Of a DNA stretch of 63,021 nt, positions 23,023 to 33,722 are shown one piece after another. The first letter of the stretch is position 1. Every line of letters starts with the position of its first letter. The position numbers and the translations under genes were made by a program. Origin of the DNA: an uncultured Clostridium sp. (lineage in GTDB: Bacteria > Bacillota > Clostridia > TANB77 > CAG-508); NCBI GenBank assembly GCA_946409935.1, contig CAMJYG010000003.1, positions 1 through 63,021 on the forward strand, read 5' to 3'. Below the pieces are notes generated by a model, which did no database searches, was not told the DNA's origin, and saw only the letters and a program-made list of their open reading frames with translations.

Positions 23023-23964
23023 ATGTCAATAATAAACAAAATAGAAAAAGTAAGAAACAAAAGAAAAATAACATTTGAAAATATTTGTACAGAATGGTTA
23101 GTATACAAGAAAAGGATGGTAAAAGAATCAAGCTATGCAAATTACACGTACTCAATAAAGAAATATTTAATACCAGAATTTGGACGTTTTAGTTTAAGAC
23201 AATTGGAAAAATATGATTTTAATGAATATGTTGAGGAGCTAAGACAAAATCTTTCACCCAAAACAGTTAGAGATATAATAAGTAATCTGAAGGCAATTTT
23301 AACTTTAGCAGGAGATAAATACGACTGTAAAATAAAAGTAAAAAATATAATTAGTCCAAAACAAGATTTAGAGCCTTTAGCAATATTAAACCACAGGGAA
23401 AAAAATAAATTAGAAAGATATTGCTTAAAAGAAAATAGCCTAAAAAGCATTGGAATAATAGTGTGTTTATATACAGGATTAAGAGTAGGAGAAATATGTG
23501 CATTAAGGTGGAAGGACATAGATTTAGAAAAAAGAGAATTACATGTAAGATATACATTACAGCGAATATATAAAAATAGTGAAAAATCAACCCAAATAAT
23601 TATAGATAAACCAAAGACAAAAACCTCTGTTAGAGCAATACCTATATCAAATAAAATATATGATTTATTAAAAGAATTAAAATGTCAATATAAAGACGAA
23701 GATTTTTTCTTAACAGGAAATCCATATAAATTTGTTGAACCAAGAAATTATCAATATAATTTTAAATTAATATTAGAAGCAAGTAAAGTAAAAAAATATA
23801 AATTTCATATATTACGTCATACATTTTCAACTGATTGTATTGAAGTAGGAATGGATATAAAAAGTTTAAGTGAAATTTTAGGACATTCCACTGTAGAAAT
23901 TACACTTAATAAATATGTTCATTCTTCTTATAGTACAAAGAAAAGGTTTTTAGAAAAATTATGA
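23023..23964 (+). CDS. Tyrosine recombinase/integrase
   Basis: TGLRVGE, PKT, FHILRHTF, ILGH, terminal Y (LNKYVH). Confidence 0.93.
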   Translation: MSIINKIEKVRNKRKITFENICTEWLVYKKRMVKESSYANYTYSIKKYLIPEFGRFSLRQLEKYDFNEYVEELRQNLSPKTVRDIISNLKAILTLAGDKYDCKIKVKNIISPKQDLEPLAILNHREKNKLERYCLKENSLKSIGIIVCLYTGLRVGEICALRWKDIDLEKRELHVRYTLQRIYKNSEKSTQIIIDKPKTKTSVRAIPISNKIYDLLKELKCQYKDEDFFLTGNPYKFVEPRNYQYNFKLILEASKVKKYKFHILRHTFSTDCIEVGMDIKSLSEILGHSTVEITLNKYVHSSYSTKKRFLEKL

Positions 23965-23980
23965 TTATGGAAAAAAACAC

Positions 23981-24009
23981 TTGCCAAACATTGAAAAATA
24001 TGGTAAAAT
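23981..24009 (+). promoter_or_regulatory. rpsF operon sigma-A promoter
   Basis: TTGCCA-17bp-TAAAAT with extended -10 TG. Confidence 0.7.
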
Positions 24010-24123
24010 AGCTATGTTTTGAAAATGCATGGCTATTTTTTTGTTTTAGACAAAAAAATATGCAATTTCAAAATCTCTACTTACAGTAAATGTAGGTTAC
24101 AAATCCATAGGGAGGTGAAAATA

Positions 24124-24405
24124 ATGAAAAAATACGAAAGTGTTATCATTGTTAATCCAAATGTTGATGAAGCTGGTTTAAAAGCTTTAGAAGAAAAATT
24201 CACAGGGTTAATAAATGAAAATGGTAAAGTAGAATCTGTAGAAAACATGGGAAAGAAAAGATTAGCTTACGAAATAAGCAAATTTAACGAAGCTACATAC
24301 ATGTTATTCAATTTTGAAGCAAAACCAGATTCTATAGCAGAACTTGAAAGAGTTTACAGAATTACAGACGACATAATCAAATTTATCGTTGTAAAAAAAG
24401 ACTAA
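24124..24405 (+). CDS. rpsF: 30S ribosomal protein S6
   Basis: MKKYESVIIVNP, GKKRLAYEI; GGAGGTG RBS; rpsF-ssb-rpsR order. Confidence 0.97.
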   Translation: MKKYESVIIVNPNVDEAGLKALEEKFTGLINENGKVESVENMGKKRLAYEISKFNEATYMLFNFEAKPDSIAELERVYRITDDIIKFIVVKKD

Positions 24406-24477
24406 TAAAATTAGTAAAAATTAAAATCGAATAAAGATTGGGGCCTTTATTTAGAGTACAAAGAAAGGTGATATAAA

Positions 24478-24906
24478 ATGAACAAAGTAATTTTAATGGG
24501 AAGATTAACAAGAGACCCAGAAACAAGATACACACAAACAAACAATACACTAGTATCTTCTTTCAGCTTAGCAGTAAATAGAAGATTTGTAAGACAGGGT
24601 GAAGAAAGACAAGCAGATTTCATAAATATAGTTGCGTGGAGCAAATTAGGTGAATTCTGCAGTAAATACTTTAAGAAAGGTCAACAAGTAGGTGTAATTG
24701 GAAGAATTCAAACAAGAACTTGGGATGACGACCAAGGAACAAAACATTATGTAACAGAAGTTGTTGCAGAAGAAGCATATTTTGCAGATAGCAAAAGAGA
24801 TGGAGAGGCTGGAGCAAGTTCTTTTGAAAATACATTTGGAAATACAGCACCAGGAAGTATGGGTGCAGATTTTGAAGTTTCTTCAAGTGATGACCTACCA
24901 TTCTAA
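24478..24906 (+). CDS. ssb: Single-stranded DNA-binding protein
   Basis: [15 protein letters not shown]...DDLPF. Confidence 0.98.
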   Translation: MNKVILMGRLTRDPETRYTQTNNTLVSSFSLAVNRRFVRQGEERQADFINIVAWSKLGEFCSKYFKKGQQVGVIGRIQTRTWDDDQGTKHYVTEVVAEEAYFADSKRDGEAGASSFENTFGNTAPGSMGADFEVSSSDDLPF

Positions 24907-24925
24907 CAATAAGGAGGGGAAAATA

Positions 24926-25207
24926 ATGGCAGATAAAAAACAAAATAAAAGAAATAATAACAAAAACTATGACGAGGATTACAATCCAAAATTTAGAAAA
25001 ACAAGAAAAAAGGTATGTGTTTTATGTAGTGACAAAAACTTTGAATTAGATTACAAAAATCCAGAACAATTAAAAAAATTTGTTAATGAAAAGGGTAAAA
25101 TCTTACCAAGAAGAAATACTGGAGCATGTGCTAAACATCAAAGAGATATTACTATAGCAATAAAAAGAGCAAGACATATTGCTATATTACCATACGCACA
25201 AAACTAA
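24926..25207 (+). CDS. rpsR: 30S ribosomal protein S18
   Basis: [35 protein letters not shown]; start placed after AAGGAGGGG. Confidence 0.97.
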   Translation: MADKKQNKRNNNKNYDEDYNPKFRKTRKKVCVLCSDKNFELDYKNPEQLKKFVNEKGKILPRRNTGACAKHQRDITIAIKRARHIAILPYAQN

Positions 25208-25225
25208 TTTGAAATATAAGACAAG

Positions 25226-25252
25226 AAAACCGTTGAGAAATCAGCGGTTTTT
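25226..25252 (+). terminator. Intrinsic terminator of the rpsF operon
   Basis: AAAACCGTTGA-GAAA-TCAGCGGTTTTT. Confidence 0.85.
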
Positions 25253-25460
25253 GCTTATTAATATATAGTTTTAATGCAATTATAATACAACTTGATTATT
25301 TTAACATTATTTTTATATTGTAAATACTTTTTTCAACTTCATCATTTTTAAATTTATTGAATATAGTGGCATAAGTATGCTCTAACAAATCCAAACTTTT
25401 GGATAACTTAACATGTGCGTATCTTTTTTGTCGTATTTTTTAAATTTTTCATAAAAAATA

Positions 25461-25489
25461 TTGACAAATAGTATCAAGTATAGTATCAT
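25461..25489 (+). promoter_or_regulatory. hicAB promoter with tandem TAGTATCA repeats
   Basis: TTGACA-17bp-TATCAT; ATAGTATCA occurs twice across the spacer and -10. Confidence 0.65.
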
Positions 25490-25541
25490 ATAATTAGTCT
25501 TAGACAAAAGGCAAATATTTCTAGTTAAAGGAGGAATATAA

Positions 25542-25770
25542 ATGCCAGACATAAATAAATTGATACTTAAAATGAAAAGACAGCCAAACGGAATTAGATT
25601 TCAGGAATTGGCAAAAGTATTAGAGTACAACGGATATCAAATGAAAACAAAAACACGGAACATCACACAGACAGTTCATTAACAAAAAAGGTGATGTTAT
25701 AACAATTAAACAGGAAAATCCATTAAAAGCCGTATATGTGAAAGATGTACTTAGAAGAATAGGCGAATAA
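25542..25770 (+). CDS. hicA: HicA toxin, 75 aa, joined by +1 shift at CGG 25656 (absent from ORF track)
   Basis: MPDINKLILKMKRQPNGIRFQELAKVLEYNGYQMKTKT-GTSHRQFINKKGDVITIKQENPLKAVYVKDVLRRIGE; AAGGAGG RBS; directly upstream of hicB. Confidence 0.88.
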
Positions 25771-25820
25771 AAGTATATTCTTTGAGTATACTTATTTTAT
25801 AGATAAAAGGATTTTAGGAG

Positions 25821-26177
25821 GTGCCTTTTATGAAGAGTTTAAAGGAATATATGGAATTACCATATAACTATATTATTCAACCAGTTAATGATGAAAGCGG
25901 ATTATATTTTTATGCTCGTATTTTAGAATTAGATGGTTGTCAAAGTACAGGAGATACATTCGAGGAAGCATATGAAAATTTAAGAGAAGCAATGGAAGGG
26001 TGGATTGAAGCAAAATTAGAAGGTGGATTTGAAGTGCCACTACCTGTTGGGTATGATGACTTCAGTGGTAAATTTGTTGTCAGAATTCCAAAATCATTGC
26101 ATTATAGATTATCAGTAGAAGCAGAACAAGAGGGCGTATCATTGAATCAATATGCATTATACAAATTAAGTCATTAA
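25821..26177 (+). CDS. hicB: HicB antitoxin
   Basis: ELDGCQSTGDTFEEA, then RHH domain FSGKFVVRIPKSLHYRL...GVSLNQY. Confidence 0.93.
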   Translation: MPFMKSLKEYMELPYNYIIQPVNDESGLYFYARILELDGCQSTGDTFEEAYENLREAMEGWIEAKLEGGFEVPLPVGYDDFSGKFVVRIPKSLHYRLSVEAEQEGVSLNQYALYKLSH

Positions 26178-26329
26178 ATTTTCACATATATATTTTAAAA
26201 TATTAATTTTGAGTCTATTGAAATAATAGGCTCTTTTAATTTGTTTGAAAAATAAAAATGTCAAAATTATTTACAATTAAAAAACCTTGTGATATAATTT
26301 TCCGTAGAAAAACGAGAGAGGTGAATTTT

Positions 26330-27265
26330 TTGAATCAAATACTAAGTGTAGAAAGCAATAACTATAGTAAAAATAAAAAAACAAAAAATAGAGGATCTAA
26401 AGAACCAATAGCAATAAAAAGTATTGTAAAATTTTTTGCGATTTCAATAATAATATTTGGAATTTTTATGGTAGGAACAGGTTCATATTCTATGTATAAA
26501 AGCTCACAAGAACAAATGGCTAAAGTAAAGCCTACAATACATGTAGAAGAAATTGCACAAGCAGCATTATTGCTAAAAGTAAGCCACAACAAAGCTTTAT
26601 CAAGAATAACATATAGTTGGAACAATTCTGAACCAATAGAGGTAGAATGTAATGGAGAAAAACAAATTTCACAAGAGATTGAGATACCAAAAGGAACCAA
26701 TATATTAACAATATATGCGAAAGATAAAAGTGGACAAGAAGTTAGGTATGAAAGACAATATGATTTAAAGAGCAATATAGATATAAATATAGAAGCAGAA
26801 GGAAATAATATAAAAGTAACAGCAAGTGGTGAAGAAGAACTTTCATACATGACATATAGATGGGATGAAGAAGAAGAAACAAAAATTGATATAAATGATA
26901 CAGAAACAGAACAGAAAATAGAAATACCAGTAGGGCTACACACATTAACAGTAATAGTTGTAGATAAAAGTAATAACACAGAAACAGCTACACAAGAAGT
27001 ACAAGGAGTTAAAAAACCAAATTTAACAGTAACAACTGATGGCTCAGCAAACTTTATAATTAAAGCATCAGATGAACAAGGATTAAAGAGAATAGAGCTT
27101 ATAGTAAATGAAACTAAAAAATATAAAGCAGATTTAACTGGAAAAACAGAATTTGAATACAAACTTCCTTTGAAAGAAGGAGAAAATAAACTAGAAGTTA
27201 CAGTATACAATGTAAATGATATGTCTGAAAAATCTAAAAAGAAAGTAACAAAACCAGCTCAATAA
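26330..27265 (+). CDS. Membrane-anchored beta-sandwich repeat protein
   Basis: One N-terminal TM helix, three Ig-like repeats (GTNILTI/GLHTLTV/GENKLEV); TTG start after GAGGTG. Confidence 0.75.
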   Translation: MNQILSVESNNYSKNKKTKNRGSKEPIAIKSIVKFFAISIIIFGIFMVGTGSYSMYKSSQEQMAKVKPTIHVEEIAQAALLLKVSHNKALSRITYSWNNSEPIEVECNGEKQISQEIEIPKGTNILTIYAKDKSGQEVRYERQYDLKSNIDINIEAEGNNIKVTASGEEELSYMTYRWDEEEETKIDINDTETEQKIEIPVGLHTLTVIVVDKSNNTETATQEVQGVKKPNLTVTTDGSANFIIKASDEQGLKRIELIVNETKKYKADLTGKTEFEYKLPLKEGENKLEVTVYNVNDMSEKSKKKVTKPAQ

Positions 27266-27271
27266 TAATTA

Positions 27272-27301
27272 ATCTAGCCTCCTATTTATAGGAGGCTAGA
27301 T
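27272..27301. terminator. Strong hairpin/terminator
   Basis: ATCTAGCCTCCTAT-TT-ATAGGAGGCTAGAT. Confidence 0.7.
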
Positions 27302-27376
27302 GTATGATTGAATTGAAATAAAATCGTGAAAGAAATTAGTTTGCATTCAAAAAACGAGAAAGGAAAGTAATTTTAA

Positions 27377-28180
27377 ATGAATTTTAATTTATTCGAAATA
27401 CTAACATATTTCATAATATACTCTGTCATGGGATGGATAATGGAATCTACAGTTAGAAGTGTATGTGAAAGAAAACTAATTAATACAGGTTTTTTGAAAG
27501 GACCATGTTGCCCTATATATGGAATAGGAGCAATTATAATGTTCCTATTTTTAGGCAATTTTAAAGATAAACCAATATTATTATTTTTTCTTGCCATAAT
27601 ATTATTAACATTTTGGGAATATATAGTAGGAGTATTATTAGAAACAATATTTCATACAAAATATTGGGATTACTCTGAACAAAAATTTAATTTTCAAGGT
27701 AGAATATGTTTAACAAATTCACTATGTTGGGGATTATTAGGTGTAGGATTCATTAAATTCTTGCATCCTTTTGTAATAAATATGTTATCTTATGTTGATA
27801 AAAATTTGTTAATATATATAATAACAATAGTTTCAATTGTTTTCTTAGTAGACGTTATAGTTTCTGTAATAAATGTAATGAATATAAAATCAACATTAGA
27901 GAAAATAGAAGAAATGAATAAAGAAATTAAAGAAAAAATAAAAGAGCTAAAAAACTTGAGCTTGATGAAAGGAAAAGATGCAGAAAAGGACATAGAAAGA
28001 GTTACTGTTGAAAAAATGCAAAAATTGGTAGATGAATTAAAAAAGAAGAGAAACAAAACAATTTTAAAATTATACAAAAATGTGTATCGTTTAAAGAAGG
28101 CATTTCCTGCTATAAATACAAAAGAAATAACAGAAGTTTTGAGTAAGAAGATTGAATTAAGAAAAAAATTTAAAAAATAA
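27377..28180 (+). CDS. Putative ABC transporter permease (CmpB/DUF1113-like)
   Basis: YSVMGWIMES, GFLKGPCCPIYGIG, WDYS, NFQGRICL. Confidence 0.88.
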   Translation: MNFNLFEILTYFIIYSVMGWIMESTVRSVCERKLINTGFLKGPCCPIYGIGAIIMFLFLGNFKDKPILLFFLAIILLTFWEYIVGVLLETIFHTKYWDYSEQKFNFQGRICLTNSLCWGLLGVGFIKFLHPFVINMLSYVDKNLLIYIITIVSIVFLVDVIVSVINVMNIKSTLEKIEEMNKEIKEKIKELKNLSLMKGKDAEKDIERVTVEKMQKLVDELKKKRNKTILKLYKNVYRLKKAFPAINTKEITEVLSKKIELRKKFKK

Positions 28181-28251
28181 TAAAAAGACTTGAAATGTTC
28201 AAGTCTTTTTGTATATAATGGGAAGAATAAAAAAGATAGGAGAAAGATAAG

Positions 28252-29175
28252 ATGGTACAAGAAATTTATATAATAGATGATGATGATTCATCAATAGTAA
28301 TATTTAGAGAATTATTTAAGAATGACCCTGAATACAAATTTATAAGTGTAAAAACAGAACAAATAGACATTGCTCTAAAAAACATACCATCATTAATAGT
28401 AATAAATGAAGATGCAATAGATAGAAATGTTGTAGACTTATGTAGAAAAATACGAAAAGACGAAGATAACACAATAACACCAGTAATAGTTGTATCTTCA
28501 ATAAGTGATAGAGAACATAGATTAAGAATTTTGCAAGAATCAATAGAATATTTTATAAAAAAACCAGTAGATGAACAATATTTGTATTATACTGTTAAAA
28601 ATCTAAATAGATTACTTTCAATAAACAGAAGAATAAGTCCATTAACAGGCCTTCCAGGAAATGTTCAAATACATGCAGAATTAAAGAAAAGAATTACAAA
28701 AAAAGAAGCTTTCTGTGTATTATATTTAGATTTAGACAATTTCAAAGCATATAATGATGTATATGGATTTTTGAAAGGTGACCAAATAATTGAATTTACT
28801 GCTGAAAATATAATAAAATGTATACATGCCAGCGGAATGGAAGATACTTTTATAGGACATATAGGTGGAGATGATTTTGTTGCAATAATACCAGGAACAA
28901 ATTGCGAAAAATTATGCCAAAACATATTGGCTAATTTCGACCACAATGTAGGAAAATATTTTACAGATGATGATTTAGAGAAGGGCTATATTGAAGTTGC
29001 TAATAGAAAAGGTATTGTAGAACAATTTCCTTTAACATCATTATCAATTGGTGTTGTTGTTGCTGATATTGGTAGATTTGCTAATATTTTGGAAATTGGT
29101 GAAATTGGAGCTCAAGTAAAACATGCTGCTAAATCTGTAATGGGAAGCAGTTATGCAGTAGATAGAAGAAAATAA
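28252..29175 (+). CDS. Receiver-GGDEF diguanylate cyclase
   Basis: REC-like N-terminus; PLTGLPGN, DLDNFKAYNDVYG, GHIGGDDF. Confidence 0.9.
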   Translation: MVQEIYIIDDDDSSIVIFRELFKNDPEYKFISVKTEQIDIALKNIPSLIVINEDAIDRNVVDLCRKIRKDEDNTITPVIVVSSISDREHRLRILQESIEYFIKKPVDEQYLYYTVKNLNRLLSINRRISPLTGLPGNVQIHAELKKRITKKEAFCVLYLDLDNFKAYNDVYGFLKGDQIIEFTAENIIKCIHASGMEDTFIGHIGGDDFVAIIPGTNCEKLCQNILANFDHNVGKYFTDDDLEKGYIEVANRKGIVEQFPLTSLSIGVVVADIGRFANILEIGEIGAQVKHAAKSVMGSSYAVDRRK

Positions 29176-29221
29176 GATACAATGTTTTAGGCTTACATCA
29201 ATTGATTTAAGCCTAAAACTC

Positions 29222-29250
29222 TTGACAATTTCCACTACTAAATATATAAT
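29222..29250 (+). promoter_or_regulatory. Sigma-A promoter of the Ter cluster
   Basis: TTGACA-17bp-TATAAT immediately after a terminator hairpin (29184-29219). Confidence 0.85.
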
Positions 29251-29287
29251 AAATGTGCAATTTTCATGATAAAATAGAGGTATAATA

Positions 29288-31543
29288 ATGTATGAATTAT
29301 TAACAACAAATAATATGGAAAATTATTTTGAACCTAAAAGCCGCAGAGATAAAGAAGGGGTATATTTCTATAGAATAATTGGATATGATGAAGAATTACT
29401 AAAATTCTTAAGGAAATATCAAACATTTGCACAAAGAAAAGGAACATACATAAATAGCACAATAAAAAATCCAGATTCATCAGATGTTCAATATTTATGC
29501 ACAATTATAAATAATAATTTTTCTATAGATTTTAGAAATATAAAATTAGAGTGCACTAATTGGCTAAAATTTTTAAATGATATTCAAATTGATTTAATTA
29601 GTAAAGCACTATATACGTTTTTAAGTGAAATGGCAAAAGAGGGAATAAATATAAATATAATAAAAAATTCATATATTAAATTTCTATACTGGGCAAAATA
29701 TAAATTTGAAAATTCACTAAAATATATTGGTCAAGATGAAATACCAAAGATTTTATATGAAGGTGATATTGGAAAATATGAATTATACATGTTAAGAATT
29801 TTATCATTAGCAGGCTGTGACATAATATATATAAATTTCCTAAATGAAGAATCTTACATGAATATCGATATTCAAGGAAAGTATTCGAATAGGATAGTTA
29901 AGCCTATTAGGCAAAATCCACCAATTCATTTTTCTAAAATAGATTTAAGACAAATAGAAGAAAAAAATAGATTAATAGAAAATATAAAAAAAGAGCAATA
30001 TGTTTTAAATACAAATAATTGGATGAAAAAAGACTTTTGGGAAGAGTTTTTTACATTAGGAAAAAATAGAAATAACAATGTAAATGAAATTTCCAATATA
30101 TTCGTAAAATATATTGGAATAGATAATAGAGATGAATACAATAATAGATTATATGAATTTAAAGAAAATTTAATAAAAAATGGCAAAAATTATGTTATTA
30201 TTGAAAATGAAATACTAATGCCTACATTAGATGAAATTTATAAATTGCGATTTGAGTATAAAAACAAAGATGATATTTCATTAGGTATAATTGAAAAGAT
30301 AGGTATTAATATTGAAGAAAAAATAAACCAAACATTAAAAAAAGAAATGTTTAATTTAGTACAAGCATCAGAAGAAGATAATCCAGCCAAAATATATAAT
30401 ATGACATTAAAACTGTTATGTTGGATAAATAAATATTGCAAAAGATTATTTAATAAATTTGATTGGAACAATTTACCTACACTTATTTATTTAGGAGATT
30501 GTACTACGTTAGAAGCTACATTTTTGAACATAATGTCAAAATTACCATTAGACATTTTATATATTAATCCAAATAAAGAGAATGTAAATATATTTAATGA
30601 AACTTTAATAAAAAGTGAAAGTAAAATAGTGGAGCTAGAAAATAGCATAAGCGAGAAAATTAAATATCCAAGAGCGAAAGTAAAAATTAGTACGAGTACA
30701 GTTGCGTATAATGCAGAAAGAGAATTAGATACAATTTTATACAATAATACAGGTATGTATAGAGATAAACAATTTAAAACTTGCCAAACAATAACATTAA
30801 AAACTACTTATGAGGAAATTGCAATATTATGGAAAGAAGAAGCAAAATACAGAACAGGATTCGAAGTAGAAGAAAACAGGGTAACTGTACCAAACATTTT
30901 TGCTAAAGTAAGTGGAGTTAAAGATAGTGATACAAATGCTTACCTCAGAAATATACAAGATTTAGTGACAGAGCAAACAATTGTAATCCAAGGATTTCCA
31001 TATATAAAAAAAGAAGAGTATAATGAATTTTATAGTAATTCTAATAAATTTATGACAAGAGATAAAATAAATATTGAAAAAATAAAAGAGCTTAAAGAAT
31101 ATAAATATGCATTTTTAAATAGAAATACACAAAATCTTATATTAAGCAAAATACAGGAATTAATAGATTTAAAATTATTGGAACAAAATGATTTATCTAT
31201 AAGTTCTAAAATAGCTGCAACTTTATTGAACATTAATAAAGAAATTTTAAAATTAATCCAACAATTTGATTTTACAAAGCAAATACCTAAAATAATAATA
31301 ATGGACACAGATGAAAACATAGCATCATTGCAAGACTGCATTTTACTATTGTTCTTAAATTTAATCGGATTTGATATTGTAATATTTACACCAACAGGGT
31401 ATCAAAATATTGAAAAATATATAGACTCAAATTTATTTGAAGAATATCAAATAGGCGATTATATATATAATTTACAAAAACCAAAATTTAATATGGTTAA
31501 TCAAAAGAAGGGCAAATCTTTTAGAAAGTTTTTTAGGTTATAG
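29288..31543 (+). CDS. YceG-like Ter-operon protein
   Basis: STVAYNAERELD, TLKTTYEEI, FDFTKQIPK, GFDIVIFTPTGY; sits before TelA/TerD. Confidence 0.8.
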   Translation: MYELLTTNNMENYFEPKSRRDKEGVYFYRIIGYDEELLKFLRKYQTFAQRKGTYINSTIKNPDSSDVQYLCTIINNNFSIDFRNIKLECTNWLKFLNDIQIDLISKALYTFLSEMAKEGININIIKNSYIKFLYWAKYKFENSLKYIGQDEIPKILYEGDIGKYELYMLRILSLAGCDIIYINFLNEESYMNIDIQGKYSNRIVKPIRQNPPIHFSKIDLRQIEEKNRLIENIKKEQYVLNTNNWMKKDFWEEFFTLGKNRNNNVNEISNIFVKYIGIDNRDEYNNRLYEFKENLIKNGKNYVIIENEILMPTLDEIYKLRFEYKNKDDISLGIIEKIGINIEEKINQTLKKEMFNLVQASEEDNPAKIYNMTLKLLCWINKYCKRLFNKFDWNNLPTLIYLGDCTTLEATFLNIMSKLPLDILYINPNKENVNIFNETLIKSESKIVELENSISEKIKYPRAKVKISTSTVAYNAERELDTILYNNTGMYRDKQFKTCQTITLKTTYEEIAILWKEEAKYRTGFEVEENRVTVPNIFAKVSGVKDSDTNAYLRNIQDLVTEQTIVIQGFPYIKKEEYNEFYSNSNKFMTRDKINIEKIKELKEYKYAFLNRNTQNLILSKIQELIDLKLLEQNDLSISSKIAATLLNINKEILKLIQQFDFTKQIPKIIIMDTDENIASLQDCILLLFLNLIGFDIVIFTPTGYQNIEKYIDSNLFEEYQIGDYIYNLQKPKFNMVNQKKGKSFRKFFRL

Positions 31544-31670
31544 GAATCAATATAAAGCTACTAAGTATGCTACGCAACTCTAAGTTAAAAAATGATTTTT
31601 AAATGAAATTGCGTTTTACATATATAAAAAATTCTAAAATATATTGCCAGAAGGAAGGAATGTGATAAAA

Positions 31671-32777
31671 ATGGCTTTACAATTTAAACCAAACAATGAA
31701 GGTGATAATCAGCAACAACAAGAATTTAACATGTTAGAAAAAAGAGAAGAAATAACAAATCAATTACAAAATTCAGAAGAAATTGATAAATTAACAAGTA
31801 CAATAAATGTAAATGATATGAATACAATGGTTACTTTTGGTAGTGGAGTAGCAGAAGAAATAGCAAGATCTTCAGATGTAATTTTAAATAGTATGAGCAT
31901 TGCTCAAGTTAATGAATCTGGTGAATTGTTAAATACTCTAAGTAGAATAATGTCAAAATTTGATTTAGATGAAATTAGAGATGATGGTAATAAAAGTATA
32001 TTTGGAAAATTATTTACAAATATGAAGAAAGAAATTGAAAGAATACTTGATAAATACCATACAATGGGAGACGAAATAGACAAAATATATGTAAAATTAA
32101 AACAATACGAATCAGAAATAAATTCTGCTAATGACAAATTAGAAAATTTATTTAATGCAAATGTAAAAACATATCAAGAATTAGTAAAATATATTGTAGC
32201 AGGTGAACAAGCAATAAAAGAAGTTGACGAATATTTAACACAAATGAGAGCAGAATATGAACAAAGTCAAGATAATATGATAAAATTTGATATTCAAAAT
32301 TTAGAAAATGCTAAAGGAATATTAGAACAAAGAGTACATGACTTAAGAATTGCAGAAAACATTGCAATGCAATCAGTACCTATGATAAAATCTATGGAAT
32401 TTAGTAATGTTAATTTAAACAGAAAAATCAATTCTGCATTTATAATTACAATGCCAGTATTTAAGCAAGCATTATCACAAGCAATATTATTAAAACGACA
32501 AAAAATACAAGCAGAAGGGATGAAAGCTTTGGACGAGAAAACAAATGAAATGCTATTAAAAAATGCTCAAAATACAGCAGAACAAACAAAACTTGCTGCA
32601 CAACTTGCAAGTGGAAGTTCTGTAAAAATTGAAACACTTGAGCAAACATGGCAAACTATTGTAAATGGTATTGAAGAAACAAGAAAAATACAAGAAGATG
32701 CAAGAAAGAAAAGAGAAGAAGATGTTGTTAGACTTAATAAATTAAAAGAAGACTTCAAAAATCAGGCAAACAAGTAG
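31671..32777 (+). CDS. Toxic anion resistance protein TelA/YceH family
   Basis: Coiled-coil protein with RKINSAFIITMPVFK and TNEMLLKNA; Ter context. Confidence 0.88.
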   Translation: MALQFKPNNEGDNQQQQEFNMLEKREEITNQLQNSEEIDKLTSTINVNDMNTMVTFGSGVAEEIARSSDVILNSMSIAQVNESGELLNTLSRIMSKFDLDEIRDDGNKSIFGKLFTNMKKEIERILDKYHTMGDEIDKIYVKLKQYESEINSANDKLENLFNANVKTYQELVKYIVAGEQAIKEVDEYLTQMRAEYEQSQDNMIKFDIQNLENAKGILEQRVHDLRIAENIAMQSVPMIKSMEFSNVNLNRKINSAFIITMPVFKQALSQAILLKRQKIQAEGMKALDEKTNEMLLKNAQNTAEQTKLAAQLASGSSVKIETLEQTWQTIVNGIEETRKIQEDARKKREEDVVRLNKLKEDFKNQANK

Positions 32778-32791
32778 TATTTAGAAATCAT

Positions 32792-32991
32792 TTCTAATCC
32801 AAGCAGTTATTATATAAATAATTTATACATTCCTCGGTTCATTACACAAATAGCAATTTCTACATTGATTTTTTGGCACCCTTCCAAGCAAAGCTTGAAC
32901 TCTTTCCAAAAAATCAATTAAGAACTTGCATATTTGCTTCAATCACATTCGTCATTTATAAATTATTTATATAATAACTGCTTGGATAGAA
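32792..32991. repeat. ~200-bp rod-like palindromic element
   Basis: TCCAAGCAGTTATTATATAAATAATTTATA arm with perfect complement; GGCACCCTTCCAAGCAAAGCTTGAACTCTTTCC apex. Confidence 0.85.
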
Positions 32992-33121
32992 AATATAATA
33001 AAACTAGATGCTCATATATTATTTTTAAAATATTGGAAAGTAATATATGAACACCTAGGAAAAACAAAAAAAATAAAAATAAAGAATGCTAAAAAGCATT
33101 AAATTAAAGGAGGAATTTATT

Positions 33122-33697
33122 ATGGCAATTTCATTGCAAAAAGGACAAAGAATTGATTTAACAAAAGGAAATCCTGGACTAAGCAAAATAATAGTAGGTT
33201 TAGGATGGGATACAAACAAATATGATGGACAAGCAGATTTTGACTTAGATGCTGCTGCATTTTTATTAGACCAAACAGGTAAAGTTGCAAAAGACACAAA
33301 TTTTGTATTTTATGGAAATTTAAAAGCTACAGGTGTTGAACATACAGGAGATAACCTAACAGGTGAAGGAGAAGGAGACGACGAACAAATTAAAGTTGAT
33401 TTAAAAGCTGTTGAACCAGATGTAGATAAAATAGCATTTACAGTTACAATTTATGATGCAGAATCAAGAAGACAATCTTTTGGACAAGTTTCAAATGCAT
33501 TTATAAGAATTGTAGATGCAAATACAAATCAAGAGCTAGTAAGATATGATTTAGGAGAAGATTATAGTATAGAAACAGCAATAGTTGTAGCAGAATTATA
33601 TAGAAGTGGAACAGAATGGAAATTTAATGCAGTGGGAAGTGGATTCGCAGGAGGATTAGCAGCACTTGCAAGAAATTATGGACTTAATGTAAAATAA
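33122..33697 (+). CDS. terD: TerD family protein
   Basis: [43 protein letters not shown]. Confidence 0.93.
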   Translation: MAISLQKGQRIDLTKGNPGLSKIIVGLGWDTNKYDGQADFDLDAAAFLLDQTGKVAKDTNFVFYGNLKATGVEHTGDNLTGEGEGDDEQIKVDLKAVEPDVDKIAFTVTIYDAESRRQSFGQVSNAFIRIVDANTNQELVRYDLGEDYSIETAIVVAELYRSGTEWKFNAVGSGFAGGLAALARNYGLNVK

Positions 33698-33722
33698 AAA
33701 AAGTAAAGGAATGGTAGTAAAT

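Noticed and set aside
24060-24120. S6:S18-binding leader RNA
   Set aside because: Position fits and a weak hairpin exists, but I could not identify the conserved CCC motif confidently.
24019-24123. N-terminal extension of RpsF (likewise RpsR from 24761)
   Set aside because: RBS and family N-termini place the starts at 24124 and 24926.
26362-27210. 282-aa minus-strand ORF and the many other antisense ORFs
   Set aside because: Shadows of A-rich plus-strand genes; F/L/S/I-rich and without RBS.
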